Shown one piece after another: positions 31,193 through 41,110 of a DNA stretch of 64,000 nt (positions are counted from its first letter, which is position 1; each line of letters opens with the position of its first letter). The DNA lies in the NCBI GenBank assembly GCA_963708075.1, contig OY970194.1, forward strand, positions 2,240,001 through 2,304,000, in the 5' to 3' direction. The notes beneath the pieces are model-generated. The model saw nothing but the letters and a program-made list of their open reading frames with translations, made no database searches and was not told the DNA's origin. Position numbers and translations under genes: made by a program. The DNA comes from Sedimentisphaerales bacterium (GTDB lineage: Bacteria; Planctomycetota; Phycisphaerae; Sedimentisphaerales; Anaerobacaceae).

Positions 31193-31370
31193 ATATCAAT
31201 CAGAGATTGAATAGGTTTGAATCAGTTGTGCTCAAGTCGCCTAATGAGTGCTCATATCAAGTTCCCATATGGAATGGGAGTACTCGATGGGAATTATATT
31301 TCCCACGCATCCGCTATACACTTGTCAAAGATCACTTGCCACTTTTTTTCCGTGTGCTGGAAAGCCTTGT

Positions 31371-31398
31371 ATTCTACGCCAAGTCTTTTCCATTGCAA
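31371..31398 (-). promoter_or_regulatory. Putative internal promoter upstream of 23S
   Basis: TTGCAA-N16-TAGAAT with an AT-rich upstream tract; boxA-like GATCTTTGACAA at about 31322-31333. Confidence 0.55.
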
Positions 31399-31530
31399 CC
31401 GGAAAATCTAAAAAAGCTCAAAAATTTTTCGTCAGTCGAGATGCCCGCGGCTGGTCGTGCTTGCCTCAGCGTCGCAGACACAGATCCACATCATCCCGTC
31501 CGACTCCTCCCTCGCCTTCGCGAAGGAGAA

Positions 31531-31603
31531 TGGAGACGACCGGGGTCGAACCGGCAACCTCTAGCTTGCAAAGCTAGCGCTCTCCCAGTTGAGCTACGTC
31601 CCC
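31531..31603 (-). tRNA. tRNA-Ala(TGC), CCA not encoded
   Basis: GGGGACGTAGCTCAACTGGGAGAGCGCTAGCTTTGCAAGCTAGAGGTTGCCGGTTCGACCCCGGTCGTCTCCA. Confidence 0.95.
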
Positions 31604-31657
31604 CGGACCGCACCAAAGGTATCTGAGATCTCAAATTTGAAATCACAGATCTCCAAG

Positions 31658-31731
<74 letters not shown>

Positions 31732-31975
31732 TTGATCCAACCTCAGCTTTGTACTGCAAAACCGGTCAGCCTCAATTGGTTCGAATCGTCGGTTTATATC
31801 TTTGTACTTTAGAAAGAGCAACAAAAAAACCGCTGCTTTTTTCTGCCAGCGGTTCGGGTACCTTCACACAGGTTTCCCAGGCAGTCAAAGCTTGAATTTG
31901 TTACAGGTTATCAGGACTCGTTTCAAAACTAACGATGCCTTTCAACTGGCGTTTACACTCACCATTGAGATCGGT

Positions 31976-32004
31976 ATTCTACTACGCTATCGGCTCGTCG
32001 TCAA
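31976..32004 (-). promoter_or_regulatory. rRNA-type promoter of the tRNA-23S-5S unit
   Basis: TTGACG-N17-TAGAAT, A-rich UP-like tract, boxA-like TGCTCTTT at about 31813-31820. Confidence 0.75.
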
Positions 32005-32147
32005 CACTATTTTAGTTTTTTCTCTCTACGATGAGCCGCACATATCTTTACGCCCCTCCCGGCCCCGTGTTCGCCCATCCGCCGCTCTTTCAATTTCTTC
32101 CCCGCCCCTTGTCATCATTACTGCGGACAGTCGCAACTCCCGCCCTG

Positions 32148-32980
32148 AGAACTGACAACCGTCAACTGAGCTTCTCGCCGGTTCCCTGGCGGGGTGCACA
32201 GGCAAACGATCAATTCTTGACTCTCAAAGAGCTTCGGGGATGCAGTCTCTCTTTGACCTTCCTCATCACAGTATTCTACGCCCAGCCCTCCTCCCAGGTT
32301 CTCCCCCACCCCCATTTTCTCACCGATTTCCGCGAAACCCGTGCCCAAACCAGCTTGCCGCAGAGCACACAGAGAAAACGATGCAGACACGGATTCACGC
32401 GGATACACACAGATTCCGAACCGAGAACCGACAACTGCAAACCGCCAACCGCCGATGAAGGCTGTTGAACACGGATAGAGGGTCAAAATGCGGCTTCGGC
32501 GAGAGCCGGTAGGGTGGGCTCTGCCCTGTTTGTTCTACACATCTCGGCGCAGCGGCCCCGAAGGGGTGCGGTCGGCATTCGGTGGCGGATTCGGGGCTCC
32601 GCGTAGGACGAGCGTCCTCGCTCGTCCTCTTTCGGCTGTGGCCTTGTACAGTATCCAGTCCGTTGCAAGGGCCCGGACGGGTCGTGCGGGGACGCACGAC
32701 CTACGAAGAGGCTCGCCGATTGCCACCGTATTCCGACCACACCCCAAAGATGTGTAGAACAACAAGGGCTCTGCCCACCAATGGTCCCGGCCGCAACGAA
32801 GAGCGTCTCTCGCCGGGGCCGCAGAGGCCCGAAGACTGAAGGAAAGAGGGTAAGAAACAAGGACGGCAAGAGCAGCCCGACAACCGGCAACCGCCAACTG
32901 ACAACCGGCACCGACTCCGCAATCCGGCGTCCCGCCCCGGCTCCCTACTCCGCACTCCGAATTCCGCATTCCGCAATCGC
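32148..32980. repeat. Non-coding tract of heptamer repeats (GACAACC, ATTCCGC) and nested GTAG REPs
   Basis: Runs at 32149, 32420, 32878 and 32948; GTAG REPs at 32508, 32603 and 32679. Confidence 0.7.
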
Positions 32981-33131
32981 CTTGCCCGCACGTGGGTCAA
33001 AGGGAAAATGCCCAGAGACTATCCCTGCCGCTGTCGCTTCTCGCCCGAGACGGCCTGCAGAAGGTGTCTGACACCATCGTGTTGCGCGAACCTCCCCGCT
33101 TGCGCAGCGGGGAGGTTCGTTGTCTCCTCGC

Positions 33132-33467
33132 TTATTTCGGGCCAACAACAGCGCAACGATACACTTCGTCCGTCACGACGAGAGTGATTTCAGGACAGGG
33201 TTCGGCGGCAGCGTCCAGGACCTCCTCGTCAGAGAAGAACTGGTGAGGCGTAAACCCGTCATTGAAGACGATGAGGACTTGAAGCCACAAGGGATTGAAC
33301 CCGTCACCCTGGATGGCATCGATCACAGGAATGAAATCCTGTTCCTCGTCCAGATCGTTCGAAGCATAGATTACGTTGATGCTCTTGTTGTGCTCGATTA
33401 ACGGGTCGGAGTTGGGCATCTCCTTCATGTTGACGGTGAACAGCTCAGCGTCGTAGTAAGCCGGCAT
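33132..33467 (-). CDS. Hypothetical acidic protein (possibly 5'-truncated)
   Basis: MPAYYDAELFTVNMKE...YRCAVVGPK, GC3-biased codons. Confidence 0.55.
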   Translation of the reverse strand: MPAYYDAELFTVNMKEMPNSDPLIEHNKSINVIYASNDLDEEQDFIPVIDAIQGDGFNPLWLQVLIVFNDGFTPHQFFSDEEVLDAAAEPCPEITLVVTDEVYRCAVVGPK

Positions 33468-33974
33468 CTGACCTGCTTTGCCGTTCTCGTTTCCTTGCGC
33501 AGCGCCACATTCGTCTGATCCAGACATGCGCTCCAGCAAATGCAGAGCAACACAAGAGCAATGAATGCACAAGCCGATTTCCTTCCGATGTCCATATTGC
33601 TTCTCCTCTGTTCAAGTGGGTACGTTGATCAAACGGCGGTCTCCCTATCGGCGTGTCCCGTTCCGCCAATAGCCGCCATCCCGTTTCAACACTACAGCAA
33701 TACTAGGTCATCCGCAGCCTCTCACAATAGGGGAAGACCCTGATTCTTCCGTGGGAGAAACCCTACCCCGCTCTCGGAGGATGGAATGATGGAACGTTGG
33801 AGTGATAGGTTGACAGTAGCTCCGACTTCACACTTCGCACTTCAAACCTGACACTTCCCCCTGATCCGCACCCCGGCGTCCCCCCTCTGACTTTACACTT
33901 CAAACCTCAAACTTCCCTCACTCAGCACCCCGGCGTCCCGCCGTACATTGCGCACTCCGCATTCCGCACTCGCC

Positions 33975-34325
33975 TCACCCGCCGGATCGTTTTACGGCGT
34001 ATCCTCGCCGTTTGAGCTCTTCCACGAGCAGATCGCGATGATCCCCTTGAATCTCGATGACCGATCCTTTCACAGTGCCCCCGGCCCCGCACCTCTGCTT
34101 AAGCTCCGTCGCCAGCTTCGCCAACCCCTCCCGATCCAACGCCAGCCCAGTGATCACCGTCACCCCCTTGCCCTTACGTCCCTTCGTCTCCCGCCCCACG
34201 CGAATGATCCCATCCCCCGCCACCGCCGGCGGAGATGCTTTGCGACAAACACACTCCGCCACTGGCCTAGCGCATTCAGGACACATGCGCCCGCCTGATG
34301 TAGAGTAAACAATCCGATCTTTCAT
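33975..34325 (-). CDS. yciH: Translation initiation factor SUI1-family protein
   Basis: IVYST...CP.C; RETKGRKGKGVT, CGAGGTVK...IEIQGDHRD. Confidence 0.93.
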   Translation of the reverse strand: MKDRIVYSTSGGRMCPECARPVAECVCRKASPPAVAGDGIIRVGRETKGRKGKGVTVITGLALDREGLAKLATELKQRCGAGGTVKGSVIEIQGDHRDLLVEELKRRGYAVKRSGG

Positions 34326-34433
34326 CGTTGTATCCTACCGCACAGGCACCACTCTACGCCAGCAAACGACGATTCGAGCGCCCCCCTACTCCGCATTCCG
34401 AAATCCGCATTCCGCAATCAGGGCGTCCCGCCC

Positions 34434-34508
34434 CCACTCCCCTACCGGCCGTCCACACTCCGGACACATCCGTCCCCCCGCCGTCGAATAGACAATCCCA
34501 TCTTTCAT
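34434..34508 (-). pseudogene. Duplicated, synonymously diverged 5' end of yciH (25 codons)
   Basis: MKDGIVYSTAGGRMCPECGRPVGEW vs MKDRIVYSTSGGRMCPECARPVAEC, with similar upstream RBS region. Confidence 0.85.
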
Positions 34509-34711
34509 AGCCTTACATCCTACAGCACAAGCGTCTGAGTCGGGGAGAAAGAAGATCGTAAAGGAATCCGCAGATTTCGCCGATTTGCGCAGATTTCTCA
34601 ACCGAGAACCGACAACTGCACTCCCCCGCCTCTTACTTCAAACTTCACACTTGCCACTTCCCCTCATTCCGCGTTCCGCAATCCGAAATCCGCAATCACA
34701 ACGCCCCGCCC

Positions 34712-34924
34712 CTACTGCCGCTTGCGGGAGCCAAGGTCAATCAGCCAGCCGACCACGAATCCGCTCACGGCTCCCGACAGGATCAGCATGCCGGCGATGG
34801 CAAGCAGAACCATCATCTCAAAGTGCCCCGGCATGGACGGAGTCGCAACAAACATAATGACGAGCAGACTCGCCCCACTGAGCACTCCGAGCACCATCCC
34901 AACAGCAGCCAACCGCCACTTCAT
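34712..34924 (-). CDS. Small two-helix membrane protein
   Basis: MKWRLAAVGMVLGVLSG..., hydrophobic, basic C-tail. Confidence 0.5.
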   Translation of the reverse strand: MKWRLAAVGMVLGVLSGASLLVIMFVATPSMPGHFEMMVLLAIAGMLILSGAVSGFVVGWLIDLGSRKRQ

Positions 34925-34980
34925 ATATGCAACTCTCTTCCCTTCGCGGTCCCTTCGCGGAGAACCAACGGATGGCTCCC

Positions 34981-35328
34981 TCATCCCCACAGGAAATGGC
35001 CGCTGATGGTTATCGCCAAGCCTATGAGGCCCCAGCAGAGTAGGATGATGCCCAAAACAAGCAGGGAGTACAAGCAGGCCTTGATCGTGCGTGACACAGG
35101 TCTCCCAACGAGCCGCTTGTATCTCCTTGCCACGACCAACGATGTGCCGAGATAGCCGGCGCAGATAATCATTGAGCACATGCCCCCAAGAGTCGCCCCA
35201 AGGAAACTCTCTTGCGGGACCGCAGAGAGCGCTCGCTCGGATGCGTAGGCGACAACGCCGCTCGCTGCGAACATGATCGCCAGAGGCCACGCTACACGCC
35301 AAGCCAGAGTGACTTTCTTTGATGCCAT
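34981..35328 (-). CDS. Small membrane protein
   Basis: Three hydrophobic segments; GGAG upstream. Confidence 0.5.
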   Translation of the reverse strand: MASKKVTLAWRVAWPLAIMFAASGVVAYASERALSAVPQESFLGATLGGMCSMIICAGYLGTSLVVARRYKRLVGRPVSRTIKACLYSLLVLGIILLCWGLIGLAITISGHFLWG

Positions 35329-35554
35329 CTCCAACGCTCCAGGAATCCCCAACCGCAATCGCGAACCAGACGAATCGGTGGGCAAAGCCCACCCTGCCGG
35401 CTCTCGCCGAAGCTATGCCGTGACCTCTTGTCTGCGTTCATCCACGTTCATCAACAACTTCAATCCCTCTGCCCCCACCGGTTCCGTCCCGGCCCGTGAT
35501 GTCCATCAAACCAATAATTCGATAATTGAAGATGCGGCCCCGTCCCCCCCCCAT

Positions 35555-36841
35555 TTATCCACGTCGCCGGGTCTCTCTGACCAACCTAATGATATCTGCG
35601 TTGTCCTGTAGCTTGACATCACCCTCGGTGCAGTACCGGTAGAAGAGGTCCAAGCGGTCGGTGTCCCGCAACACGGCCCTTCGTTTCAGAAGCCAGCGGA
35701 TACCTGACACGCACGCAATCTGGATGAAATATATGTACTCCGCATCCACTTCTTCGACGATGCCCCTATGAACGATGCAGTTGCGATTTTGAGCAATCGC
35801 CGTCAGTGCGTCCTGGAGAGTCGTCTGGTGAACGTCTTTCAGGCCTGCACCGAACCAGGCCAGCCTCTTGACAACAACATCTGTCTTGCCGCCATACTTC
35901 TCCGACAGAGTCAGGTACTCCGCCATCTGCCACAAAGAGAGCAGACAGTATCTCGAATCGACATCATCAACAGAGCATGAATACAGCCGCAGGCAGTTGG
36001 CGATCAGGAGTTCAATTGACTTGTCCGGAGGTACCCTACTAAGCAGTCTTGCGACAGCTCTAACTTGCTTCAATTCCTTAGACGTTACCGTATGTGCCTT
36101 TTCGATCTTTTCGTCATGCAGCTTTGGGAAATAGTAGAAATCACATTCTCTTGTCTCAGACATGCCAATCACATATGAGGGGAAAGGAAGACAGAAGCGT
36201 GGCTTGAATGGTGAGCTAAACTGGAAGGATAAGCCGTTCGCCACCATCTCCAATAACCCCCTCAAAGCACAGAAAGGCAGTGCGATTTCACCCCATGACT
36301 CATGGAATCCGACAGTTGTTGTCTCACACATGAGCCAATGCTTAGGGAGGCTCTTCGGGTCACAGTTGGCATAGCATGAGGCCCGCTTGACGATATCTGC
36401 AAATCGCGAGCTTCCCATTCTGTCTTCTATGGTCTTCAGTGAGGTCACTTTGAAAGTGAGTCCGCATATTGTTATCCGGCGGAGAGGATCATTGGGCGGA
36501 AAGTCTATTTTCAACGGAATGCAGGAAGTCCAACGGAAGCAACTCTGGGTACGTCTCTTTGCCTCAAGATTGAGGTAGGCCTGCTCAAAGGTTTGGTGGT
36601 ACGGCTTTGACAGGCCATGCTCAAGAACCTTCATGATCATGCTTTCAGAGAGCTTGTCCGGCTGTGCACACCCGGACAGGGCCAAGAAATCCAGAGCGGT
36701 ATAGAGGTTGGCCGGCCAGGAAATGGCATCTACTATGCCCTTCCACATAGATGCCGAGTTGACACTGTTTCTCGCCTTCAGAAGCCTCTCGATTATGGCA
36801 TCCGCTCGCCCCTCTGCGTCCTTCTTCCAGAGGTTACCCAT
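35555..36841 (-). CDS. Hypothetical protein with C-terminal HEPN-like RX4H motif (ApeA-like architecture)
   Basis: LSLWQMAEYL...RNCIVH; low GC; 428 aa. Confidence 0.6.
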   Translation of the reverse strand: MGNLWKKDAEGRADAIIERLLKARNSVNSASMWKGIVDAISWPANLYTALDFLALSGCAQPDKLSESMIMKVLEHGLSKPYHQTFEQAYLNLEAKRRTQSCFRWTSCIPLKIDFPPNDPLRRITICGLTFKVTSLKTIEDRMGSSRFADIVKRASCYANCDPKSLPKHWLMCETTTVGFHESWGEIALPFCALRGLLEMVANGLSFQFSSPFKPRFCLPFPSYVIGMSETRECDFYYFPKLHDEKIEKAHTVTSKELKQVRAVARLLSRVPPDKSIELLIANCLRLYSCSVDDVDSRYCLLSLWQMAEYLTLSEKYGGKTDVVVKRLAWFGAGLKDVHQTTLQDALTAIAQNRNCIVHRGIVEEVDAEYIYFIQIACVSGIRWLLKRRAVLRDTDRLDLFYRYCTEGDVKLQDNADIIRLVRETRRRG

Positions 36842-36988
36842 CTGTCTACACCTTCTTTACTCGCACATCTCGATTATCAACACCATCTCGCCCATCAGGA
36901 TTGACATTCGCTATCCCTGTACATAGGGATGCCATGCTCAGTTCCCAGGCGAAATAGGTAAGCATTTCTGGAACTCCTCACAGAAATC

Positions 36989-37528
36989 TCACTCTGCCTT
37001 GGGCTTAGGATCAGGCTTCACATCGCCAAATTCGTCAATTTCCGGGGCCACTTTACGAAGTTGCTCAACGAGTTTCACATCGTCTACCTTCCAGATAGTC
37101 CCATCCTTGAGACGCGCCAGTCGCACATAGGCAATGCCGGTGAACACCTCTTCTGCACCCAGACTGCGAGTTCCGTCTCCGTTTGACTCTCCCGGTTCAA
37201 GTGGTTTCCAATCGGCACTGTCTTTCCCTGTTACCGTCCAACGTGTCCCCAGTAAACGACGGTTAAAAGCGTCGTACTTCAGGATAACAATCTCGAAGGC
37301 AACAAGTGGTTGCTTTCCGATGTTCTTCCATTTCATATCCTGATTGAATCGGGTGCTTCCCCGATCATAGCGATTAGCGAAAGAGAAGGCGCTCAACTCG
37401 ACATGAGGGCAGATGTTGACAATAAGGGCCTTCCTATCCGGGTAGTTTGCCCCGTCTTGTGCACTTGTACGGTCACCGGAAATAACGAATAGGAATACCA
37501 GGAATGTCAATGGGTTAATAACACGCAT
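36989..37528 (-). CDS. Secreted hypothetical protein
   Basis: Signal-like MRVINPLTFLVFLFVISG; AGGAG RBS; low GC. Confidence 0.7.
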   Translation of the reverse strand: MRVINPLTFLVFLFVISGDRTSAQDGANYPDRKALIVNICPHVELSAFSFANRYDRGSTRFNQDMKWKNIGKQPLVAFEIVILKYDAFNRRLLGTRWTVTGKDSADWKPLEPGESNGDGTRSLGAEEVFTGIAYVRLARLKDGTIWKVDDVKLVEQLRKVAPEIDEFGDVKPDPKPKAE

Positions 37529-37773
37529 GCCAAATCTCCTTCCTACATACACACAGCTAAATGATTTCATTGTTCTTCACATGCTCAGAGAAAAGTTAAC
37601 GGAGTCCAGGGGACGCCATACTCAATGCGTGGCCATACACACAACCTTGTGTGTCTTCATTTTCCACAATCACACGCACGTACTGACATGCCGCTAACCA
37701 TATTTCACCACACTCTTTCCGACCGTTCAAATCCTATGTCCGCAATTGCTGTTTTGACTTCTCGGGCCTCACA

Positions 37774-37836
37774 GGATTCACCGCAAATCGCTGAGGGACA
37801 TTATGGCGGGAGTTGGCCGGAGGGGCAAGGGGAAAA
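37774..37836 (-). promoter_or_regulatory. Repeated promoter module, copy 1
   Basis: TTGCCC-N17-CATAAT (37800-37828); near-identical to 38689-38750. Confidence 0.75.
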
Positions 37837-38216
37837 ACCGGTTGTCGGTAGTCGGTAGTCAGTCGCCGGTTGAGACTCTGCGAAAATCTGGAGATTGCCG
37901 CGCTGCGCTCGCACTTGTCTGATCTGCGGATAAGAACAGATCGGAAGGCGGAGCCCACCCTACCGGCTCGCGCCAATGCCATGCCGTGACTCTTATCAGC
38001 GTTGATCTGCGTTCATCAGCGGTTCCATTCTCTCTGCGTCCCTGCGGCTCTGCGTGCAACATGAGATTGAACGCGTGGGTTGAGAACCCACCCTACAGCT
38101 TTCATCGACGTTCGTCGACGGTTGATAGTCAGTTGTCGGTTGTCAGTTCTCGGTTCGGAATCTACGTACATCGGTGTGAATCCGTGTCGGTGTCATTTCC
38201 TCTGCTCGCTCTCCGG

Positions 38217-38591
38217 TCACCCGTCGTGCGGGAGATCAAGATACGCGTGAAGCCAGATGAGGAATCCAGTGAATCCGAAGGGCAGGAAGGACAGAAACAA
38301 AAGTGCTATCCCTATAAAAGGCCTTTCCTTGCAGAAGATCACCACGATGGCAATCAGCGGCAGAAGGATCGTCCCCGCCCAGATCAGCAGCGAGCCGGGG
38401 CGGGAGTGCCAGAAGAGGACTGTTCCGTCTGAAACGTGTTTGGCCAGGTACGCAATGGTGTACATGCCATCGTTATGGAAAGGGGGAGCGTGATATCGCT
38501 CGAGTTTGTCAATGCCCACGTAGCCCATGCATACGGCGAGGACATTGAGGAAGAACAAAAACGCTATTACCGCCTTCGCACTCGTTCCCAT
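38217..38591 (-). CDS. Hypothetical membrane protein
   Basis: Three hydrophobic segments; GAGGGG RBS. Confidence 0.55.
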   Translation of the reverse strand: MGTSAKAVIAFLFFLNVLAVCMGYVGIDKLERYHAPPFHNDGMYTIAYLAKHVSDGTVLFWHSRPGSLLIWAGTILLPLIAIVVIFCKERPFIGIALLFLSFLPFGFTGFLIWLHAYLDLPHDG

Positions 38592-38688
38592 AGGCCCCTC
38601 ACGAACCAGGACAGCTCGACTCCATAGCACACACGACCGTTCATCCCCTCTTACGACCAGCACGCAGACGCCTTATCGAGTTCGGTTC

Positions 38689-38750
38689 GGATTCACCGCA
38701 ATTCGCTGAGGGACATTATGGCGGGAGTTGGGCGGAGGGGCAAGGGGAAG
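38689..38750 (-). promoter_or_regulatory. Repeated promoter module, copy 2
   Basis: TTGCCC-N17-CATAAT (38715-38743). Confidence 0.75.
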
Positions 38751-38932
38751 AATCAGTAGCCGGTAGTCGGTTGTCCGTTATCAGTTGAAAACCTGAGAAG
38801 TCTGCGGATAAAGAAGCCTCTGGATTCCCGCCTTCGCGGGAATGACAGGGTCGGTATCGGCGTTCATCTGCGTTCATCCGCGGTTCCATGTTCTCTGCGT
38901 CCCTGCGGCTCCGCGAGCAACAGAAGACCGAC

Positions 38933-40081
38933 TCAATTTGACGTGGAGGCTGCCGTTTTCTCGGGGCGGAGAGCAATGGTCTTCCAGACCTTGTCGGAAT
39001 CACCGATGTGGATGTTCGCGCTGACGCCTGTGTCTGACACGTGGATGACGGCGTATCCGGGGAAATCGGCGCACTCGAAACCGCCAATGTGTGGTTTCTC
39101 TCGCTCAAGCAGGGTTCGCCGCTCTGCAACTGTGTCGGGCTGGAATTCCGGCTCGAGATCGACGAGTGACTCGCTGTAGCTTTCAACGCCTTCGAGGTGG
39201 TTGCGCACGGATACATTCGGCGAATCGATCACGCTGTTCACGCTGAACTGTACGAAGGCACCTCGCAACGTCTTTCGCGCGACAACACCATACTTGTGCA
39301 GGTGGGCGGTGAGCAGGATCACTTCGTTTGCACCCAGTATGTTCAGGAATCTGTCGCGCCTGTCCAGCTCTTTCTCTCTCCAGAACAGATGCCACGTCGA
39401 TCTGGCGGTATACGGAACCGCCGGGGGATGCATGACAACAAACGCATAGCGATGTCTGTTGCGGCCGAGCGTCTCCTCCAGCCAATTGAGGTCGTTGTTA
39501 TGATAGGCATCGAAGAACACGAACAGGTCCGGCCCTTTCGTAAAGAAGAAGGACGCGGAATCGATCTGCTTTCCACATTCCTTCGACAACCACGGCAACA
39601 TCACGGCATCGAAGGCTTCTTTCGACCCGGGGCCGGTGATATCGTGATTGCCCTTGGCGAAAATGAACGGAGTCTGCGGGATATAGTCGCGAACGAACCG
39701 CCTGGCATCTTTGCACTGCGTCTCCTGAAGCTCACGGCTGCCACAGAGTCCCTCCGTCAGGTCTCCGCCCTGGAGGACCATTTGAATCCGGCCGTCACTG
39801 GCTTTGATCGAGGTCTGAATTCGCTTTAGGAGACCAGGAGCGTGTTCCTCGGTATACTTGGTGTACCCTTCTATCTGGCTGATATCCCCCGGCTGGTTGG
39901 CCTTCACCCACTCGAAATCATGATGCGATCGTTTATCGAGATGCAGGTCGCCGAGATAGACGAAAGAATAGGCAGGATCATGCCCGCCACCCTTAGCTTC
40001 GCCGGCCCCAAGGGGCGATACGGCAAGGTACATACAAAGTATCGCTGCGACCACCACGGTATTCTTGCTGAAGGATCTCAT
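38933..40081 (-). CDS. Secreted calcineurin-like metallophosphoesterase
   Basis: GDLH, GGDLTEG, GNHD, MHPP, AHLH; signal peptide. Confidence 0.88.
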   Translation of the reverse strand: MRSFSKNTVVVAAILCMYLAVSPLGAGEAKGGGHDPAYSFVYLGDLHLDKRSHHDFEWVKANQPGDISQIEGYTKYTEEHAPGLLKRIQTSIKASDGRIQMVLQGGDLTEGLCGSRELQETQCKDARRFVRDYIPQTPFIFAKGNHDITGPGSKEAFDAVMLPWLSKECGKQIDSASFFFTKGPDLFVFFDAYHNNDLNWLEETLGRNRHRYAFVVMHPPAVPYTARSTWHLFWREKELDRRDRFLNILGANEVILLTAHLHKYGVVARKTLRGAFVQFSVNSVIDSPNVSVRNHLEGVESYSESLVDLEPEFQPDTVAERRTLLEREKPHIGGFECADFPGYAVIHVSDTGVSANIHIGDSDKVWKTIALRPEKTAASTSN

Positions 40082-40236
40082 TGTGACTCGTGCCTTCCAA
40101 ACTTATTGTGTATGTCTATTGATAAAGAGTCTCATGAAACGGCCGAGAGGATTGCCGGTCCCAGGAGCCACGGGGCGACGCGCCGCCAATCGATCCGGCG
40201 ATTATGTATAAGGTTGTTGTGTCGTTCAGCGTCCAT

Positions 40237-40324
40237 ATTCGCTGACGGACATTGTGGCGGGACCTGGCCGGAGCGGCAAGGGAAAAGATCGCCGGAAAAG
40301 TCGCTTGTCGAGGGACAAGAGGAA
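40237..40324 (-). promoter_or_regulatory. Repeated promoter module, copy 3
   Basis: TTGCCG-N17-CACAAT (40251-40279); its distal part is repeated at 41251-41280. Confidence 0.65.
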
Positions 40325-40498
40325 CTACTCCGCATTCCGCAATTCGAACTCCGCAATTACCCTCCGCCAGCCCGACGTATGATCTAAGCGATTTCTCGCA
40401 CCGCCTCGATACTGTCGCGTACTAGGCTCCAAGAACTAAGTATAGTGAATAGGTGGGCAATGCCCACACATGGATCGGCAGATAGGAAAGGATGGGGT

Positions 40499-41110
40499 AT
40501 GAAGGCGTTGCGAAGTACACCTTGGGTGCATGTTCTCGTAATTACGCTGGTCCTGGGGGTGGTCGCGACAACCGGCGGCGTGAGGCCGGCCGCGATGGAG
40601 CCGCTGGCGGCGATCCCCGGGGGGGTTACTGATGGCACGCCGGCGGTCGAGTCGTTCTTCGATATCTTCCTGGAAATCGAAGGCGTGGAGGGTGAGTCCA
40701 CAGTTCTGGGTCACGGGGGGGCCATTGAAGTCCTCTCCTGGAGCTGGGGAGTCTCACAGATGTCCACCGGGGGCGGCGGTGGTGGCGGCGTGACGGCTGC
40801 CCGAGAGAAGACCGGCCATGTAACACTCATCAAGCGGATCGACAAGGCTACGCCGTTGCTGTTCAAACGCTGCGTCGATGGCACGCACATCCCTCGCGCC
40901 GTGGTTCATCTGACTCGCGAGGACGGCCAAACCTACCTGAAGTATGAGTTGAAGGAAGTGATGGTCAGTTCCATCATGCACGGGGGCGACCTGGATGGCG
41001 ACGGATGCCCGGATGAAACGCTCGAGCTGACGCTGGGTGGGACCAAGCTCACCCACACACAGTTCGACGCCACAGGCAAGCCGGTCGGCCAAACTTCGGC
41101 CGAGTGGTGA
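40499..41110 (+). CDS. Hcp (T6SS tube)-family protein with N-terminal signal-like extension
   Basis: IFLEIEGVEGES....IEVLSWSWGV, KRIDKATPLL, YLKYELKEVMVSS, P.E.L.L. Confidence 0.85.
   Translation: MKALRSTPWVHVLVITLVLGVVATTGGVRPAAMEPLAAIPGGVTDGTPAVESFFDIFLEIEGVEGESTVLGHGGAIEVLSWSWGVSQMSTGGGGGGGVTAAREKTGHVTLIKRIDKATPLLFKRCVDGTHIPRAVVHLTREDGQTYLKYELKEVMVSSIMHGGDLDGDGCPDETLELTLGGTKLTHTQFDATGKPVGQTSAEW

Noticed and set aside
40499..41110. Type VI secretion locus
   Set aside because: Only Hcp is present; no sheath, baseplate or VgrG genes are in the window.
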